Shown: piece by piece, positions 25,441-39,083 of the stretch | Position numbering within the stretch: position 1 is the stretch's first letter | How the letters are laid out: each line of letters starts with the position of its first letter | DNA from: Eledone cirrhosa | Lineage: Eukaryota | Assembly: GCA_964016885.1 (NCBI GenBank) | Contig: OZ024740.1 | Coordinates: forward strand, 20,336,001 to 20,400,000 | Direction: 5' to 3' | DNA: 64,000 bases | Made by a program: the position numbers and the translations under genes | Notes under the pieces: generated by a model | Told to the model about the DNA's origin: nothing | Databases searched by the model: none | What the model saw: only the letters and a program-made list of their open reading frames with translations

Positions 25441-25862
25441 GAACTTCAGCGGCAGAAATCCAATTATGAACGGCAGAAAAAGCATGCAGTGCACCTTCGG
25501 ATGCAACAAGAAGAGGCAGAGCGTGATTTGAAGCAACCAAAGAACACGAGTCCCGAAAGCCAGCGGGACGAGATGCGTCGGTGGAACATTGCTGTGAAAG
25601 AAAAACAAGACCAAGAAATGATGCGACAACGCCTGCAGGGGGACCAGGAAGAAAGGAAAGCCGAGAACCAGCAGTTGCAAGATGCGGCGCAACAACAACA
25701 ACAGTTACAGCAACAACAGCAGCAACAACAACAACAACAGGAAGAAATGCAGAAATCATCAGAAGAACTCAAGAAGGCTGAGCCACTCTGTCGAGTGCAA
25801 GAGAAAACGGCACTAAAGAAGGACAAATCAGAGGAGACCCTCAAGACGAAAGTTGAGAATAA
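25441..25862 (+). CDS. Exon of an unidentified coiled-coil/low-complexity protein gene (phase 0 to 2), with polyQ
   Basis: Polypyrimidine tract plus ttag acceptor. Open frame ELQRQKSNYERQKKHAVHLRMQQEEAERDL...QQQQ...TKVENK. Donor aa|gtatgt. GC- and CpG-richer than the flanks. Confidence 0.85.
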
Positions 25863-27103
25863 GTATGTTTCTTTTTATTTTGTTTTACTTTTACTTTTTT
25901 GGGGAGGGGGTGTTCCTCCCTCTTTTGTCTTTCACCTGTCCACCTCATGACTCAACAAAGGTACTTCACCAGTTAGGGTGTTGGACACAGAATCATAACA
26001 TTGTTGGTTCAATTCCTGGACCAGGTAGAGAGTCGTGTTCTTGACCTAGAGGTTTCATTTCATGTTCCTTTTCATAACAGGACTAAGCCCCTATCATTAA
26101 AGTACCAGAAAGAATTCCTAAGGGATGCTACCACTTAGCTAAACCCTCATAGGTGTGAGCTGTAAATTTCATTTAATTTTTCTTTTCTCCTGATCCAACC
26201 CGACTCATAAATTTTGATTCCTGTCTTTTTTATGGATTCTTGTCTGTTATACACACACATTAGCCCCACCCATTCACTCCCACCCCTCTCACACCACATT
26301 TTTTCTGATTGTTATTCGAGTTGGCTGGGGCTGGAGATGATTTTTTCCCCTACCCCTCTGCCTATTTTCATTTCTGTCTGTCTGTCTCTTAGTCAATTTC
26401 CCTCTCTCTCTACATACACAAAGACAGGGTTCATCATCATCATCATCACCATTATACATCCATTTTTCCATGCTAGCATGGGTTAGATGGGTTGTCCTGT
26501 TGTGGGTAATGCCAGGCCAGGTGACCATGTCTTGCTCATATGGGAACTTTTACATATTTGTTTTATTGCATAATACATATTTCAACTACATGGTTATGCA
26601 GTGGTTGTATCATTGACAGTCTTCATGTGACATCATCATGTGTATATATAATCATCAGCCATTTATCTATTAATATCTCACTTATTGCCTTCTTTCTCTC
26701 ATATCTTTCTCTCATGTTGTTGACCAGAACTACAAAGCTATACTTTACATCATGCATGTCATGAACATATCCTCACTTCAGGTTGTTTCTTTCTTCTCTG
26801 TAACAGACAACCATTTCTCCAGTCCTACATTATCTTCCCAAATCTCTGTGAACACAGGGTTTACTCTTCACCTTTTGTCACAGTAACTTATCTCCCTTAT
26901 CTTTCATACATCCTCCTCTTCCCTTTCTATATTCACTCTTGCTAGCTCCCACAACTCTTTTTTTAACACCATCCGAGGTCGCATCTTTCTATATTGGGGT
27001 TATCCTTTTTTTTGCAGCAGTGTCTGTGTGTGTGTACATCTGTTTCTTAAGGGTATTTTCACATATATAGGGCTCACCAAAGATGTCTCTCCAGTTGATG
27101 ATA

Positions 27104-27156
<53 letters not shown>

Positions 27157-27158
27157 AA

Positions 27159-27598
27159 GGTGCATGGCTTAGTGGTTAGAGCATTGGGCTTGCAATTGAA
27201 AGGTTGTGAGTTCAATTCTCAGACCGGGTGATATGTTGTGTCCTTGAGGAAGACACTTTATTTCACATTGTTCCAGTTTACTCAGGTGTAGGAATGAGAT
27301 GATAGGACTGGGGTCCCTATCATTCTACTGCAAAGTGGTTGTGTAGGTGCCACAGCAAAAAAAGCACCCAGCCCACACTGTAAAAGTGGACGTGTAGGCG
27401 CCACGGAAAAAAAGCACCCAGCACTCACTGTAAATGAGGTTGGTGTTAGGAAGGGCATCCAGCTGTAGAAACCAAGCCAGAATCAGTTCCCGTATGAGCA
27501 AGACAAGGTCAGCTGACCGGACACTGCCTACAACAGGACAACCCGTCTAACCCATGCTAGCATGGAAGAACGGATGTAAAACGGTGATGATGATGATG
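27159..27598 (+). mobile_element. Full-length tRNA-derived SINE with RTE tail
   Basis: A/B boxes, tccttgaggaagacactt, ~45-bp subrepeats, ggaagggcatccagc module, (GAT)n. Confidence 0.92.
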
Positions 27599-28023
27599 TA
27601 TGTGATTCAGTGAATTACTGGTGGTGGTACCAATATGAGCACTCAATGCACAGACAGTGTATAAATGAAGAAAAATAAAGTTTTGTTTACATGTATTTAG
27701 GGTGTTATTGTGTAACTGTTAAGGATGTTATTGTGTAACTGTTAAGGATGTTATTGTGTAACTGTTAAAGATAGGATTGAACATTGATATAATCATCCAT
27801 GCTGGGACACCTACATTTCAAATGTTTCCAATGTTTCATGAGTCAGACTAAGAGGTCCTGGCCACTGCCATTGTTTAGAATATTTTAAGCTTCTAGCTAC
27901 AAATGTAAACATCCTGTTTTCTGTTGTTATATATATATAGGAAAAGGTTCAGGACCCCGACGGCAAAGTATCGAGTACTCTGGTGCATTATGGTCCACCT
28001 GGTTCCTTACCACACTTCCTTCG

Positions 28024-28124
<101 letters not shown>

Positions 28125-28415
28125 AATGCCTGGCTGTATGTTCTATGAAGGCCGGAGCTTTGCACCTAGGTAACTGAAATTCTGCATAGGTCACATCTTC
28201 TGAAGGAGAGGGCTATGGGAGTTTTAGGGTATATTTTATGTGTATATTGTACATTTTTATGAAACTTAAATTTAGCCATCTTTTGAATTGCTTTGACACA
28301 GCAATTTGGAGTGAATCAACATTCCTCGACCAACTGAAAATAGTTTATCATTTCTCTGGTGTGTAAACTACATTGGATAACATAGTTTCTCTGTGTGTAG
28401 TATGTAAAGTGTTTG

Positions 28416-28644
28416 TTAACCCTTTAGCATTCAAACCGGCCGTATCCGACCAGAAATGTCTCACCTCTTTCTGTTCAAACTAGTTGAAACTGGCTGCTTA
28501 TACCGATGTTAAGGTATTGTTCTCAAAATAAATAATATCAAAATCTCATAGATTCGATATTATGTGAGATAATTATGCAAGATAAAGTGTTTACTACAAA
28601 AATACAATAGTATATATAGAGTAATGTGAATGCTAAAGGGTTAA
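28416..28644. mobile_element. TTAA-flanked MITE family 1 (piggyBac-like ends)
   Basis: ttaa-ccctttagcattc...gaatgctaaaggg-ttaa. Confidence 0.9.
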
Positions 28645-28848
28645 ACAAGAGAAAACAGTATTTTCTCTGTCATTTCAAATTTCTAGAAATAGGAATCTCA
28701 GAGTAGCAATGGGGTGAAGTCTTGACTGTGTGTGTAGAGAGAGATGAAATGTATGTTTGTTTCTGGTAGAATGTGTGTGGAATATGAGATCCCAGCCCCT
28801 CCTCAAGCAGGTTGTTGTTTAATTGAATTGCTGTTTTCCATCTCCAAG

Positions 28849-28896
28849 ACTCAATAAAGAAAAACCAAAGAAGACTACTGTAGATAATTGCCTCAG
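28849..28896 (+). CDS. 48-bp exon of the same gene (phase 2 to 2)
   Basis: ctgttttccatctccaag acceptor and cag|gtatat donor. Reads (K)LNKEKPKKTTVDNCL in frame with the neighbouring exons. Confidence 0.6.
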
Positions 28897-28994
28897 GTAT
28901 ATTTCTAATCTACTAACAGCATTGAAGACTTTTGCCTTTTTAACTTCAATCTCAACTACTTTGCTCTACCCTCACCTTCACTGTGCTGATTAAT

Positions 28995-29580
28995 CCAGTG
29001 TGTTGAAACCCTGCCCCCTCTTGCCTCAACTTTACTATGAATTAACCCAGTGTGTTGAAACCTTGCCCCCTCTTGCCTCAACTTTACTATGAATTAACCC
29101 AGTGTGTTGAAATCTTGCCCCCTCTTGCCTCAACTTTACTATTACTATGAATTAACCCAGTGTGTTGAAATCTTACCCCCTCTTGCCTCAACTTTACTAT
29201 GAATTAACCCAGTGTGTTGAAATCTTGCCCCCTCTTGCCTCAACTTTACTATGAATTAACCCAGTGTGTTGAAACCTTGCCCCCTCTTGCCTCAACTTTA
29301 CTATGAATTAACCCAGTGTGTTGAAACCTTGCCCCCTCTTGCCTCAACTTTACTATGAATTAACCCAGTGTGTTGAAACCTTGCCCCCTCTTGCCTCAAC
29401 TTTACTATGAATTAACCCAGTGTGTTGAAACCTTGCCCCCTCTTGCCTCAACTTTACTATGAATTAACCCAGTGTGTTGAAATCTTGCCCTCTCTTGCCT
29501 CAACTTTACTATGAATTAACCCAGTGTGTTGAAATCTTGCCCCCTCTTGCCTCAACTTTACTATGAATTAACCCAGTGTA
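28995..29580. repeat. 52-bp minisatellite, about 11 copies
   Basis: Unit ccagtgtgttgaaaccttgccccctcttgcctcaactttactatgaattaac. Confidence 0.95.
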
Positions 29581-29726
29581 TCAAAACACTACACTCTCTT
29601 TTAGTTTCCACATCTGCAGCAATCTTTTATGATATTTGTAATCTTTCATTTAAGAATTCTTCAGTTCTCAGAGGAACTCCTAGTTCTACTTTAGAAATAT
29701 TTTATCAATTACTGCATTATTGCTTT

Positions 29727-29930
29727 TTGGCAGTATCGGTAAAGGGTCGGAAATATGCTTTGCAGCATAGAGTTACGGCCCTTTAAGTTCTAAGTTCAAA
29801 TCTCGCCGAGGTTAGCTTTGCCTTTCATCCTTGCAGGGTTGATAAAATAAAGTACCAGTAATGCACTGGAGTCAATTTAATTGATTTTCCTCTCACCCAA
29901 AATTTGTTGGCCTTGAGGCAGTTATTACTA
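29727..29930 (+). mobile_element. Second SINE family (tRNA-like head, gataaaataaagtaccagt core)
   Basis: tggcagtatcggt..agttcaaatctcgccgaggttagctttgcctttcatcc..gataaaataaagtaccagt, matching 41177 and 49016. Confidence 0.8.
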
Positions 29931-30075
29931 AAGGTTAAATGAGCATAGCCTAATGGCTCGGTTGTTGGGCTCATGATTGTAAATCTGCAGGTTTAATTCC
30001 CAGATTGTGTGGCATGTTCTGTCCTTGAACTTCCTTTTATGTTGCTCCAATCAACATCACTAGTACCTGTGTGGA

Positions 30076-30493
30076 AGGGCTGATACAGCTTGGTACAAGT
30101 AGAAACTAAGGGCTGATACAGCTTGGTATAAGTCACTGGAAACTAAGGGCTGATACAGCTTGGTACAAGTGAAAACTAAGGGCTGATACAGCTTGGTATA
30201 AGTCACTGGAAACTAAGGGCTGATACAGCTTGGTACAAGTGGAAACTAAGGGCTGATGCAGCTTGGTATAAGTGGAAACTAAGGGCTGATACAGCTTGGT
30301 ATAAGTCACTGGAAACTAAGGGCTGATACAGGTTGGTATAAGTCACTGGAAATTAAGGGCTGATACAGATTGGTATAAGTGGAAACTAAGGGCTGATACA
30401 TCTAGGTGTAAGTGGAAACTAAGGGCTGATAAAGCTTGGTACAAGTGGAAACTAAGGGCTGATACAGCTTGGTATAAGTCACTGGAAACTAAG
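30076..30493. repeat. 33/37-bp minisatellite, about 12 copies, downstream of a decayed SINE head
   Basis: Unit aagggctgatacagcttggta(c/t)aagt(cact)ggaaact. Confidence 0.92.
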
Positions 30494-31572
30494 AATGGAA
30501 AGTGAAACGTCTCGTTTGATGCCCTAATAATGTTGCCAGTCCACTGTCTTGGCCTTGTTTCTTTTGTCAACCTCAAAAGGATGAGACGCAAATACACAGT
30601 TGACTCCTCTAGGATTTGAACTCAGATCATAGAGAGCCAGAATAAATATTATGAGGCATTTAATCAGATTCTTGAGTAACTCTGACAATTTGCTGCCTGT
30701 ATGCACCAAACATATTTATATATTTGATTAAAATATCATAAAACATGGTTAGCATGGAAAATCCTTTTTCTTTTTTTTTTTTTTGTAATTCTTCTTCTTT
30801 TCCGCATTCTTCTCTAAATCTATTTTCATCTCACAAAGATAAAAATTGATAAATCTTTTCAAAACTGCTTGACATGGATGTTTTTCTCCTCCATTTATAT
30901 TTCAGATGTTATTCTTCTCCATTTAACAATATCACTAATAATACATATAATCTCCTCATGGAAACTATTGGAGCGTCTCCACATATATATATATATATAT
31001 GTGTCTTACATGAGGAGACAGCCTCCAGATTAATGATCATTTGAGTGTTACTAGGTAATGTCAGTTGGTCTGAGTTCTTCATTATATAAGTTCAATATCT
31101 CTGATTGTTATTGATTTCTCTTGCTCTATTTCACCTTGAGTAATGAACAATAATTCACTGCAGAACTAAACTTTAACTGGTGGAGAGTAAAGAGGTGAAA
31201 CATGTATGGTGAGAGGAAAAAGTGGAGTACATCAACTGATTTCTTTAGATTATTTTTCTACTTAAATATTAAACATAGCTGTATCTAATGTAAGATATGA
31301 TGGTCTATATTTATGTTGAGTATTCTTATTTACAGTTAGCTGACTACATAGGCAGCAGCTTCTCCTTCAGCAGCCTCTGCTTCAGTAGATGCTGTCTTCA
31401 ATAGATGCTCTCTTCTTGGCACTTTAGAATTTACCTGAACATTTTAGTTTAATCTTCATTTTATTTTAATTTTTTTTTTACAAAGTGTTATTTACAAATA
31501 TATTAATAAATTTAATGGAGTTTCTTTTACATAATTTTTAGCTTTAGAAGTATAATAATAATAATAAGGATT

Positions 31573-31728
31573 TCTACTATCGGCACAAGGCTAGCAATTT
31601 GGGGGAGGGGAAGTTGATTGAATCAATCCCAGTGCATTACTGGTGCTTTATTTTATCAACCCCAAAGTACATCACAACTTAATCAACTTCTCCTTCGCTT
31701 CAAATTGCTGGCCTTGTGCCAAAAGTAG
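31573..31728. mobile_element. Two inverted 3' fragments of SINE family 2
   Basis: tctactatcggcacaaggctagcaattt..aagttgatt pairs with aatcaactt..aaattgctggccttgtgccaaaagtag. Confidence 0.75.
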
Positions 31729-31930
31729 TAATAACTATTACTACTACTAATATTACTAGCAGTGTCACCATTGTTGGTTCCCTGAAGCAAGCATTGAGCT
31801 AATTCCTCTTACATTTCAATTTTAACCCCATCATCAACCTTATTTTGTTTTTTCCTTGACTTACAGTCTTTCTTTGTCTCTAAGATCCGAGATTTTTGCA
31901 TGATGTTGCTCTGCACCCATTCTCTTCCAG

Positions 31931-32017
31931 CTTTCTGCCTCTCGCTGATTCCTATGACAATTGTTCTGAAAATGACTTCTACGAAAGCATGGATTCATCC
32001 ACTGGCATGCTTTATAG
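31931..32017 (+). CDS. 87-bp exon of the same gene (phase 2 to 2), acidic
   Basis: cattctcttccag acceptor and tag|gtacag donor. Reads (S)FLPLADSYDNCSENDFYESMDSSTGMLY(R). Confidence 0.55.
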
Positions 32018-32400
32018 GTACAGTAACTAATATAAAACCTCCAGAACGCAGTGGTTATCATTAGTTATCATTGCATGCCATTCTGTGTGTGTTGTCATCA
32101 TAGTAGTAGTAGTAGTGACTCACTCACCTTGGTAGCATCTTTCTCACTTGTTACCAACAATTAATCATCTCTAGTTTTGTGAGAAACACACCTGTCTTGT
32201 ATCTTCTTTGTTATACAATGTCCCATGGTTGAATTTTATATTAATTTTTTCATGTTTTTCTCTTGATGTTGTGTCCAAGTTTTAGAACTAATCTTTTCTT
32301 TCAGTTTCACTCCTAAATGTAGAATCACTGTTTTTTATTTGATTTTAACACCATTCAAGCAATTTTAGCCGCAAGACAATCTCAACCCTTGGCTTGCCAT

Positions 32401-32628
32401 TTAACCCTTTAGCATTTACATTACTCTATATATACTATTGCATTTTGTTGTAAAGACTTTATCTCTCATGATTATCTCACATAATATTGAATCTATGAGA
32501 TTTTAATATTATTCATTTTGAGAACAATACCTTAGCATTACTATGAGCAGCCAGTTATGGCCAGTTTGAACAGAAAGAGGTGAGATAATTCTGGCTGGAT
32601 ATGGCCCGTTTAAATGCTAAAGGGTTAA
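32401..32628. mobile_element. TTAA MITE family 1, inverted relative to 28416
   Basis: ttaaccctttagcattt...aaatgctaaagggttaa. Confidence 0.9.
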
Positions 32629-33892
32629 ACCAGGGATTTCCAAGCTATCTCTCACACTTTGCTGTCTCCTAATTATCTCCTATTTGTGCTGAGTAATCAA
32701 GTGATATTTGATCAATTTTTTACCATAATATATATTGTGAATTATTTAAAAGAAACACTAACACAGTGTGATTCATAATAGAGGTATATATGAATGTGTG
32801 TGTGTGTGTGTGTGTGTTTATAAGAAACATATATGTCTCACTGTGATGTGTGGTCATGAAGATAACTGTGACATGATCACAGCTGAAAGCCCTCTTTATA
32901 ATGAAACTTATATATGTTAATCCATAAACATATCTATAATCCTTTATATACACCTCTACCATCAATCAAGCTTAGATCCACTGAGATTACATTCTACTGC
33001 GAGTATTGTAGTACTCGGAAGCAGAGCTTTCCAAATGTTTCATATTGGTAGCTTGTAGTGTGAATACTTTACATCAGAGGTGCCCAATTTATGTGTTGTA
33101 ACACTTAAGTGTGTCCCGGTAATCTCTGGTTGTGTGGGATTAAGTAAAATATGATCAATTCTTTACAAATATTTCACTGTGAAGTATTTTAAAAATCTGA
33201 CTGCTCTGCAGAGTTTATTATGTTATCAAATAACTGATTCCTTTCAAAAAATTATTTGTCAATACTAGGCATTGATTATACTCATTACAAATATTGTGAT
33301 AAAGGAGGTACTATATATATACTCAAATATAAGCCGAGGAATATTTGACCATTGATGGTAGCAGGGGACTGGCTTATATTTGGAGTCAATATTTTGACAA
33401 TTTTCACCAACTTCAATTTCTACATAAATAAGGTTTGGATTTTTGCCCATTTCTCAGACATAAAATAGTGGGGTCGGCTTATATTCAAGAATTTACACTA
33501 ATTGTTTGTTAATTTCAACAATTTCGTGTCTCTAACAAAACTTACGAAAAATTCAATTTTTAAAATCTGTATCATGAATGTGAAATATTTGGAAATCTCT
33601 GGTTTGAACAAAATAAAAAGCCAAAAAGTAAAATCCATTCTTTATGGTATGGAATCATGTCGTTTTTTATATGTAGTATTTAGTAATGTGTCTGTGTCTC
33701 TAATCTACTTACTCCATTTTATTGCATCCTTATTTTGTTGATTTTTTAAAATTAATTTTTTCATTATTTTCTTTTTTCAAGAAAGCAATGTTTTATTTTA
33801 ATTTTTCATTCTCACATAACTACTGTGTTTTTAATATTTTATTTTGTTTTACATAATTGTATTTGATTTAAAAAACAACAAACTATTATCTG

Positions 33893-33931
<39 letters not shown>

Positions 33932-34277
33932 ATACACATACAAAGTGAACTGTTTCAACAGACTCAGAGATTCATAGCAGGCTTACTGTAGCCTCTCTGT
34001 ATATGTCATCATGTTTTCAATTTTACTTTGTATCGAGTTGCTTAATTTTTTGTTCAGAGTAACTATAATGCATTATATATAAATATATATATATATATAT
34101 AATATATATATATCATCATCTTCGTTTAACGTCCATCTTCCACGCTACATGGGTTATATATATATAATGTGTGTACAGCTTCGTTGAAACTTAGTTTAAC
34201 AGCAGAATAACCAGCAGAGACAATACCGATATTCTCTTTAATCCTAACATATAGAAAAACAAAATTCTCTTAAAGTA

Positions 34278-34487
34278 CAGGGTAGGCCAAAAGTCACAAA
34301 TAAGTTTATGTATTTAATAACTCCTTTATATTTTTGTTTTAAATTTAAAATATCATAGCATCAGTATATACAAGAAATAAATCTATGCTAGGTGTGAAAA
34401 ATCACATTTTGTAAATATAGCATCCAAATTACTTTAAAAGAATTTTATTAACATTTTAGACCCCTTTGTGACTTTTGGTTCACCCTA
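34278..34487. mobile_element. Tc1/mariner-type MITE
   Basis: ta-cagggtaggccaaaagtcacaaa...tttgtgacttttggttcacccta terminal inverted repeats. Confidence 0.75.
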
Positions 34488-34764
34488 ATATTTCGTCTAT
34501 AATGATATTTACACGGGTGAGAAATTTACCTGTTCCCTCACCTCACACAATCACAGTGGGATTTGAACTCAGGATGCAAAGGGCTGGATCAAATACTACA
34601 AGTCATATTTAAATTAAAACCTTTCTTCAGAACCTTTTAGTTATATTCCAAACACTATTTTCATGGTGAGAAAGGAAAGCTACAGGGTGTTTTAATAAAT
34701 CTATTTAAATTCTTGTTTATTTTCAATATTATTTGAAAGCCAAGCAGTGTCTTTTATTATTAGA

Positions 34765-35019
34765 AATATGTAGGTGTCACAACAAAAAAAAATCACACAG
34801 TCCATGCTGTAATGTGGCCATGTAGGTAACACGGTAAAAAGCTTCCAGTCCACACTGTAAATGTGGTTGGTGTTAGGAAGGACATCCAGCCGTAGAAAAC
34901 CTGCCAGATAGTCCTATACGAGCGAGACACGGTCACCCGACCAATCTTACTTCAAGTGGGACAATTCCTGTCTAACCCATGCTAACGTGGAAGATAGACG
35001 TTAAACGATGATGATGATG
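34765..35019 (+). mobile_element. RTE 3' UTR fragment
   Basis: Matches 20545-20800 (cacacagtccatgctgtaatgtggcc...gacgttaaacgatgatg). Confidence 0.85.
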
Positions 35020-35304
35020 GTAATGAAAGAGTTAGATATTAACTGTATCCTATATGTTGTACTAACTGCAATAGTCAAATATAAATTTTACACACCAAAA
35101 TTGCCACAAAGTGTGTCACCCAAGATTGGGTTAAAGATTCACAACATGCACTGCAGCCCCAAATAGCTAACTGGCCAATAGCACAAGCTTCTTTGTCTTT
35201 TGTGTTAAATGAACTTCAGCTATGTCCCTCAACTGGAAAGTCTGTACATTATCTCTCACTCACTGCCTCTGTCTCTCTCACTCTCCCCCACCTCTCTATT
35301 ATAA

Positions 35305-35810
35305 GTAAATGGGGGCCCATGTGCTGGCTGTCTGCAATCCCGGCAGACAGAATAGAGGTGTTTTCCTGATGATGGTGAGGGAGATGTGTTGGAAGAGCCA
35401 TTTCAGCTCAAGAGGCTCCCGCTTGCAGGTACCTTACCGATGGTGATGAGTAGGGAGGTGGTCGTAGGGCCAAGGGCACCAGAAGTCTCCACTGCTGTGG
35501 GGTACCGATGGTGATGAGTATGGAGGTGGTCGAAGGGCCAAGAGCACCAGAAGTCTCAACTGCTATGGGGTACTGATGGTGGTGAGTAGGGAGGTGGTCG
35601 TAGGGCCAAGGGCACCAGAAGTCTCCACTGCTACGAGCTCAACTGCAAACATATGGGAGAGTGACTGATATTTGGAGAGTTTACCCTCGTTGGCCTGCAG
35701 TGCAGCAGAGCCTGGGTTAGTGGCAGACTGGAGCGGTTGCTGCTGGAGAAAGTGTTAACCAGTTTACCAGGAGGGAGGAGGCGATGGCAGTGCTGCCTTG
35801 TGGTTGTATC
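35305..35810 (-). pseudogene. CRE-clade (RLE) non-LTR retrotransposon 3' relic with an internal 68-bp triplication
   Basis: Minus strand reads VNTFSSSN../SATNPGSAALQANEGKLSKYQSLSHMFAVELVAVETSGALGP...EPLELKWLFQHISLTIIR..N.SIL, resembling the restriction-like endonuclease end of CRE elements. 68-bp units start at 35435, 35503 and 35571. Confidence 0.7.
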
Positions 35811-38800
35811 CTACACCCCCGTCACTGCCTTACACCACACCCCCTTTACTACCTTACACCACACCCCCTTTACTGCCTTACACCACACCCCCGTCACTAC
35901 CTTACACCACACCCCCTTTACTGCCTTACACCACACCCCCGTCACTACCTTACACCACACCCCCGTCACTACCTTACACCACACCCCCTTTACTACCTTA
36001 CACCACACCCCCGTCACTACCTTACACCACACCCCCGTCACTACCTTACACCACACCCCCGTCACTACCTTACACCACACCCCCTTTACTGCCTTACACC
36101 ACACCCCCTTTACTGCCTTACACCACACCCCCTTTACTGCCTTACACCACACCCCCTTTACTGCCTTACACCACACCCCCTTTACTGCCTTACACCACAC
36201 CCCCTTTACTACCTTACACCACACCCCCTTTACTACCTTACACCACACCCCCGTCACTACCTTACACCACACCCCCGTCACTACCTTACACCACACCCCC
36301 TTTACTACCTTACACCACACTCCCTTTACTGCCTTACACCACACCCCCTTTACTGCCTTACACCACACCCCCTTTACTGCCTTACACCACACCCCCTTTA
36401 CTGCCTTACACCACACTCCCTTTACTGCCTTACACCACACCCCCGTCACTACCTTACACCACACCCCCTTTACTGCCTTACACCACACCCCCATCACTAC
36501 CTTACACCACACCCCCTTTACTGCCTTACACCACACCCCCTTTACTACCTTACACCACACCCCCTTTACTGCCTTACACCACACCCCCTTTACTACCTTA
36601 CACCACACCCCCTTTACTGCCTTACACCACACCCCCTTTACTGCCTTACACCACACCCCCTTTACTGCCTTACACCACACCCCCGTCACTACCTTACACC
36701 ACACCCCCTTTACTGCCTTACACCACACCCCCTTTACTACCTTACACCACACCCCCGTCACTATCTTACACCACACCCCCTTTACTGCCTTACACCACAC
36801 CCCCTTTACTACCTTACACCACACCCCCTTTACTGCCTTACACCACACCCCCTTTACTGCCTTACACTACACCCCCTTTACTACCTTACACTACACCCCC
36901 TTTACTACCTTACACCACACCCCCTTTACTACCTTACACCACACCCCCGTCACTACCTTACACCACACCCCCTTTACTGCCTTACACCACACCCCCTTTA
37001 CTGCCTTACACCACACCCCCGTCACTACCTTACACCACACCCCCTTTACTACCTTACACCACACCCCCTTTACTACCTTACACCACACCCCCTTTACTAC
37101 CTTACACCACACCCCCGTCACTACCTTACACCACACCCCCGTCACTACCTTACACCACACCCCCTTTACTACCTTACACCACACCCCCTTTACTACCTTA
37201 CACCACACCCCCTTTACTGCCTTACACTACACTCCCTTTACTGCCTTACACCACACCCCCTTTACTGCCTTACACCACACTCCCTTTACTGCCTTACACC
37301 ACACTCCCTTTACTGCCTTACACCACACCCCCTTTACTGCCTTACACCACACTGCCTTACACCACACCCCCTTTACTGCCTTACACCACACCCCCTTTAC
37401 TGCCTTACACCACACCCCCTTTACTGCCTTACACCACACCCCCTTTACTGCCTTACACCACACCCCCTTTACTGCCTTACACCACACCCCCTTTACTACC
37501 TTACACCACACCCCCTTTACTGCCTTACACCACACCCCCTTTACTACCTTACACTACACTCCCTTTACTACCTTACACTACACTCCCTTTACTACCTTAC
37601 ACTACACCCCCTTTACTGCCTTACACTACACTCCCTTTACTGCCTTACACCACACCCCCTTTACTGCCTTACACCACACCCCCTTTACTACCTTACACCA
37701 CACCCCCTTTACTGCCTTACACTACACTCCCTTTACTGCCTTACACCACACTCCCTTTACTGCCTTACACCACACCCCCTTTACTGCCTTACACCACACC
37801 CCCTTTACTGCCTTACACCAAACTCCCTTTACTGCCTTACACCACACCCCCGTCACTGCCTTACACCACACCCCCGTCACTACCTTACACCACACCCCCG
37901 TCACTACCTTACACCACACCCCCTTTACCACCTTACACCACACCCCCTTTACTGCCTTACACCACACCCCCTTTACTGCCTTACACCACACCCCCTTTAC
38001 TGCCTTACACCACACCCCCGTCACTGCCTTACACCACACCCCCGTCACTACCTTACACCACACCCCCGTCACTACCTTACACCACACCCCCGTCACTACC
38101 TTACACCACACCCCCTTTACCACCTTACACCACACCCCCTTTACTGCCTTACACCACACCCTCTTTACTGCCTTACACCACACCCCCTTTACTGCCTTAC
38201 ACCAAACTCCCTTTACTGCCTTACACCACACCCCCGTCACTGCCTTACACCACACCCCCGTCACTACCTTACACCAAACCCCCGTCACTACCTTACACCA
38301 CACCCCCTTTACCACCTTACACCACACCCCCTTTACTGCCTTACACCACACCCCCTTTACTACCTTACACCACACCCCCTTTACTACCTTACACCACACT
38401 CCCTTTACTGCCTTACACCACACCCCCTTTACTGCCTTACACCACACCCCCTTTACTGCCTTACACCACACTCCCTTTACTGCCTTACACCACACTCCCT
38501 TTACTGCCTTACACCACACCCCCTTTACTGCCTTACACCACACCCCCTTTACTGCCTTACACCACACCCCCTTTACTGCCTTACACCACACCCCCTTTAC
38601 TGCCTTACACCACACTCCCTTTACTGCCTTACACCACACCCCCTTTACTGCCTTACACCACACTCCCTTTACTGCCTTACACTACACTCCCTTTACTGCC
38701 TTACACCACACCCCCTTTACTGCCTTACACCACACCCCCTTTACTGCCTTACACCACACCCCCTTTACTACCTTACACCACACTCCCTTTACTGCCTTAC

Positions 38801-38906
38801 ACCACACTCCCTTTACTGCCTTACACCACACCCCCTTTACTACCTTACACCACACTCCCTTTACTGCCTTACACCACACCCCCTTTACTGCCTTACACCA
38901 CACCCC
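35811..38906. repeat. 24-bp C-rich minisatellite, about 129 copies
   Basis: Unit caccacacccc(ctttact/cgtcact)(g/a)cctta. It has no stop codon in any + frame, which explains the three ~1100-aa ORFs. Confidence 0.97.
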
Positions 38907-39083
38907 CCACAACCACATCTTTTCAAGTTGTTTCAATCTATTTTTATCACATCTCTCCAAAGACTGTCTTTCTGTCTTTGTTCAGTGTAGGTGTGTGTGT
39001 ATGTATGTATGTATGTATGTATGTGTCTGTGTGTATGTATGAATGTGTGCATGTTTTGGTACATGTGTGCATATATATATGTA

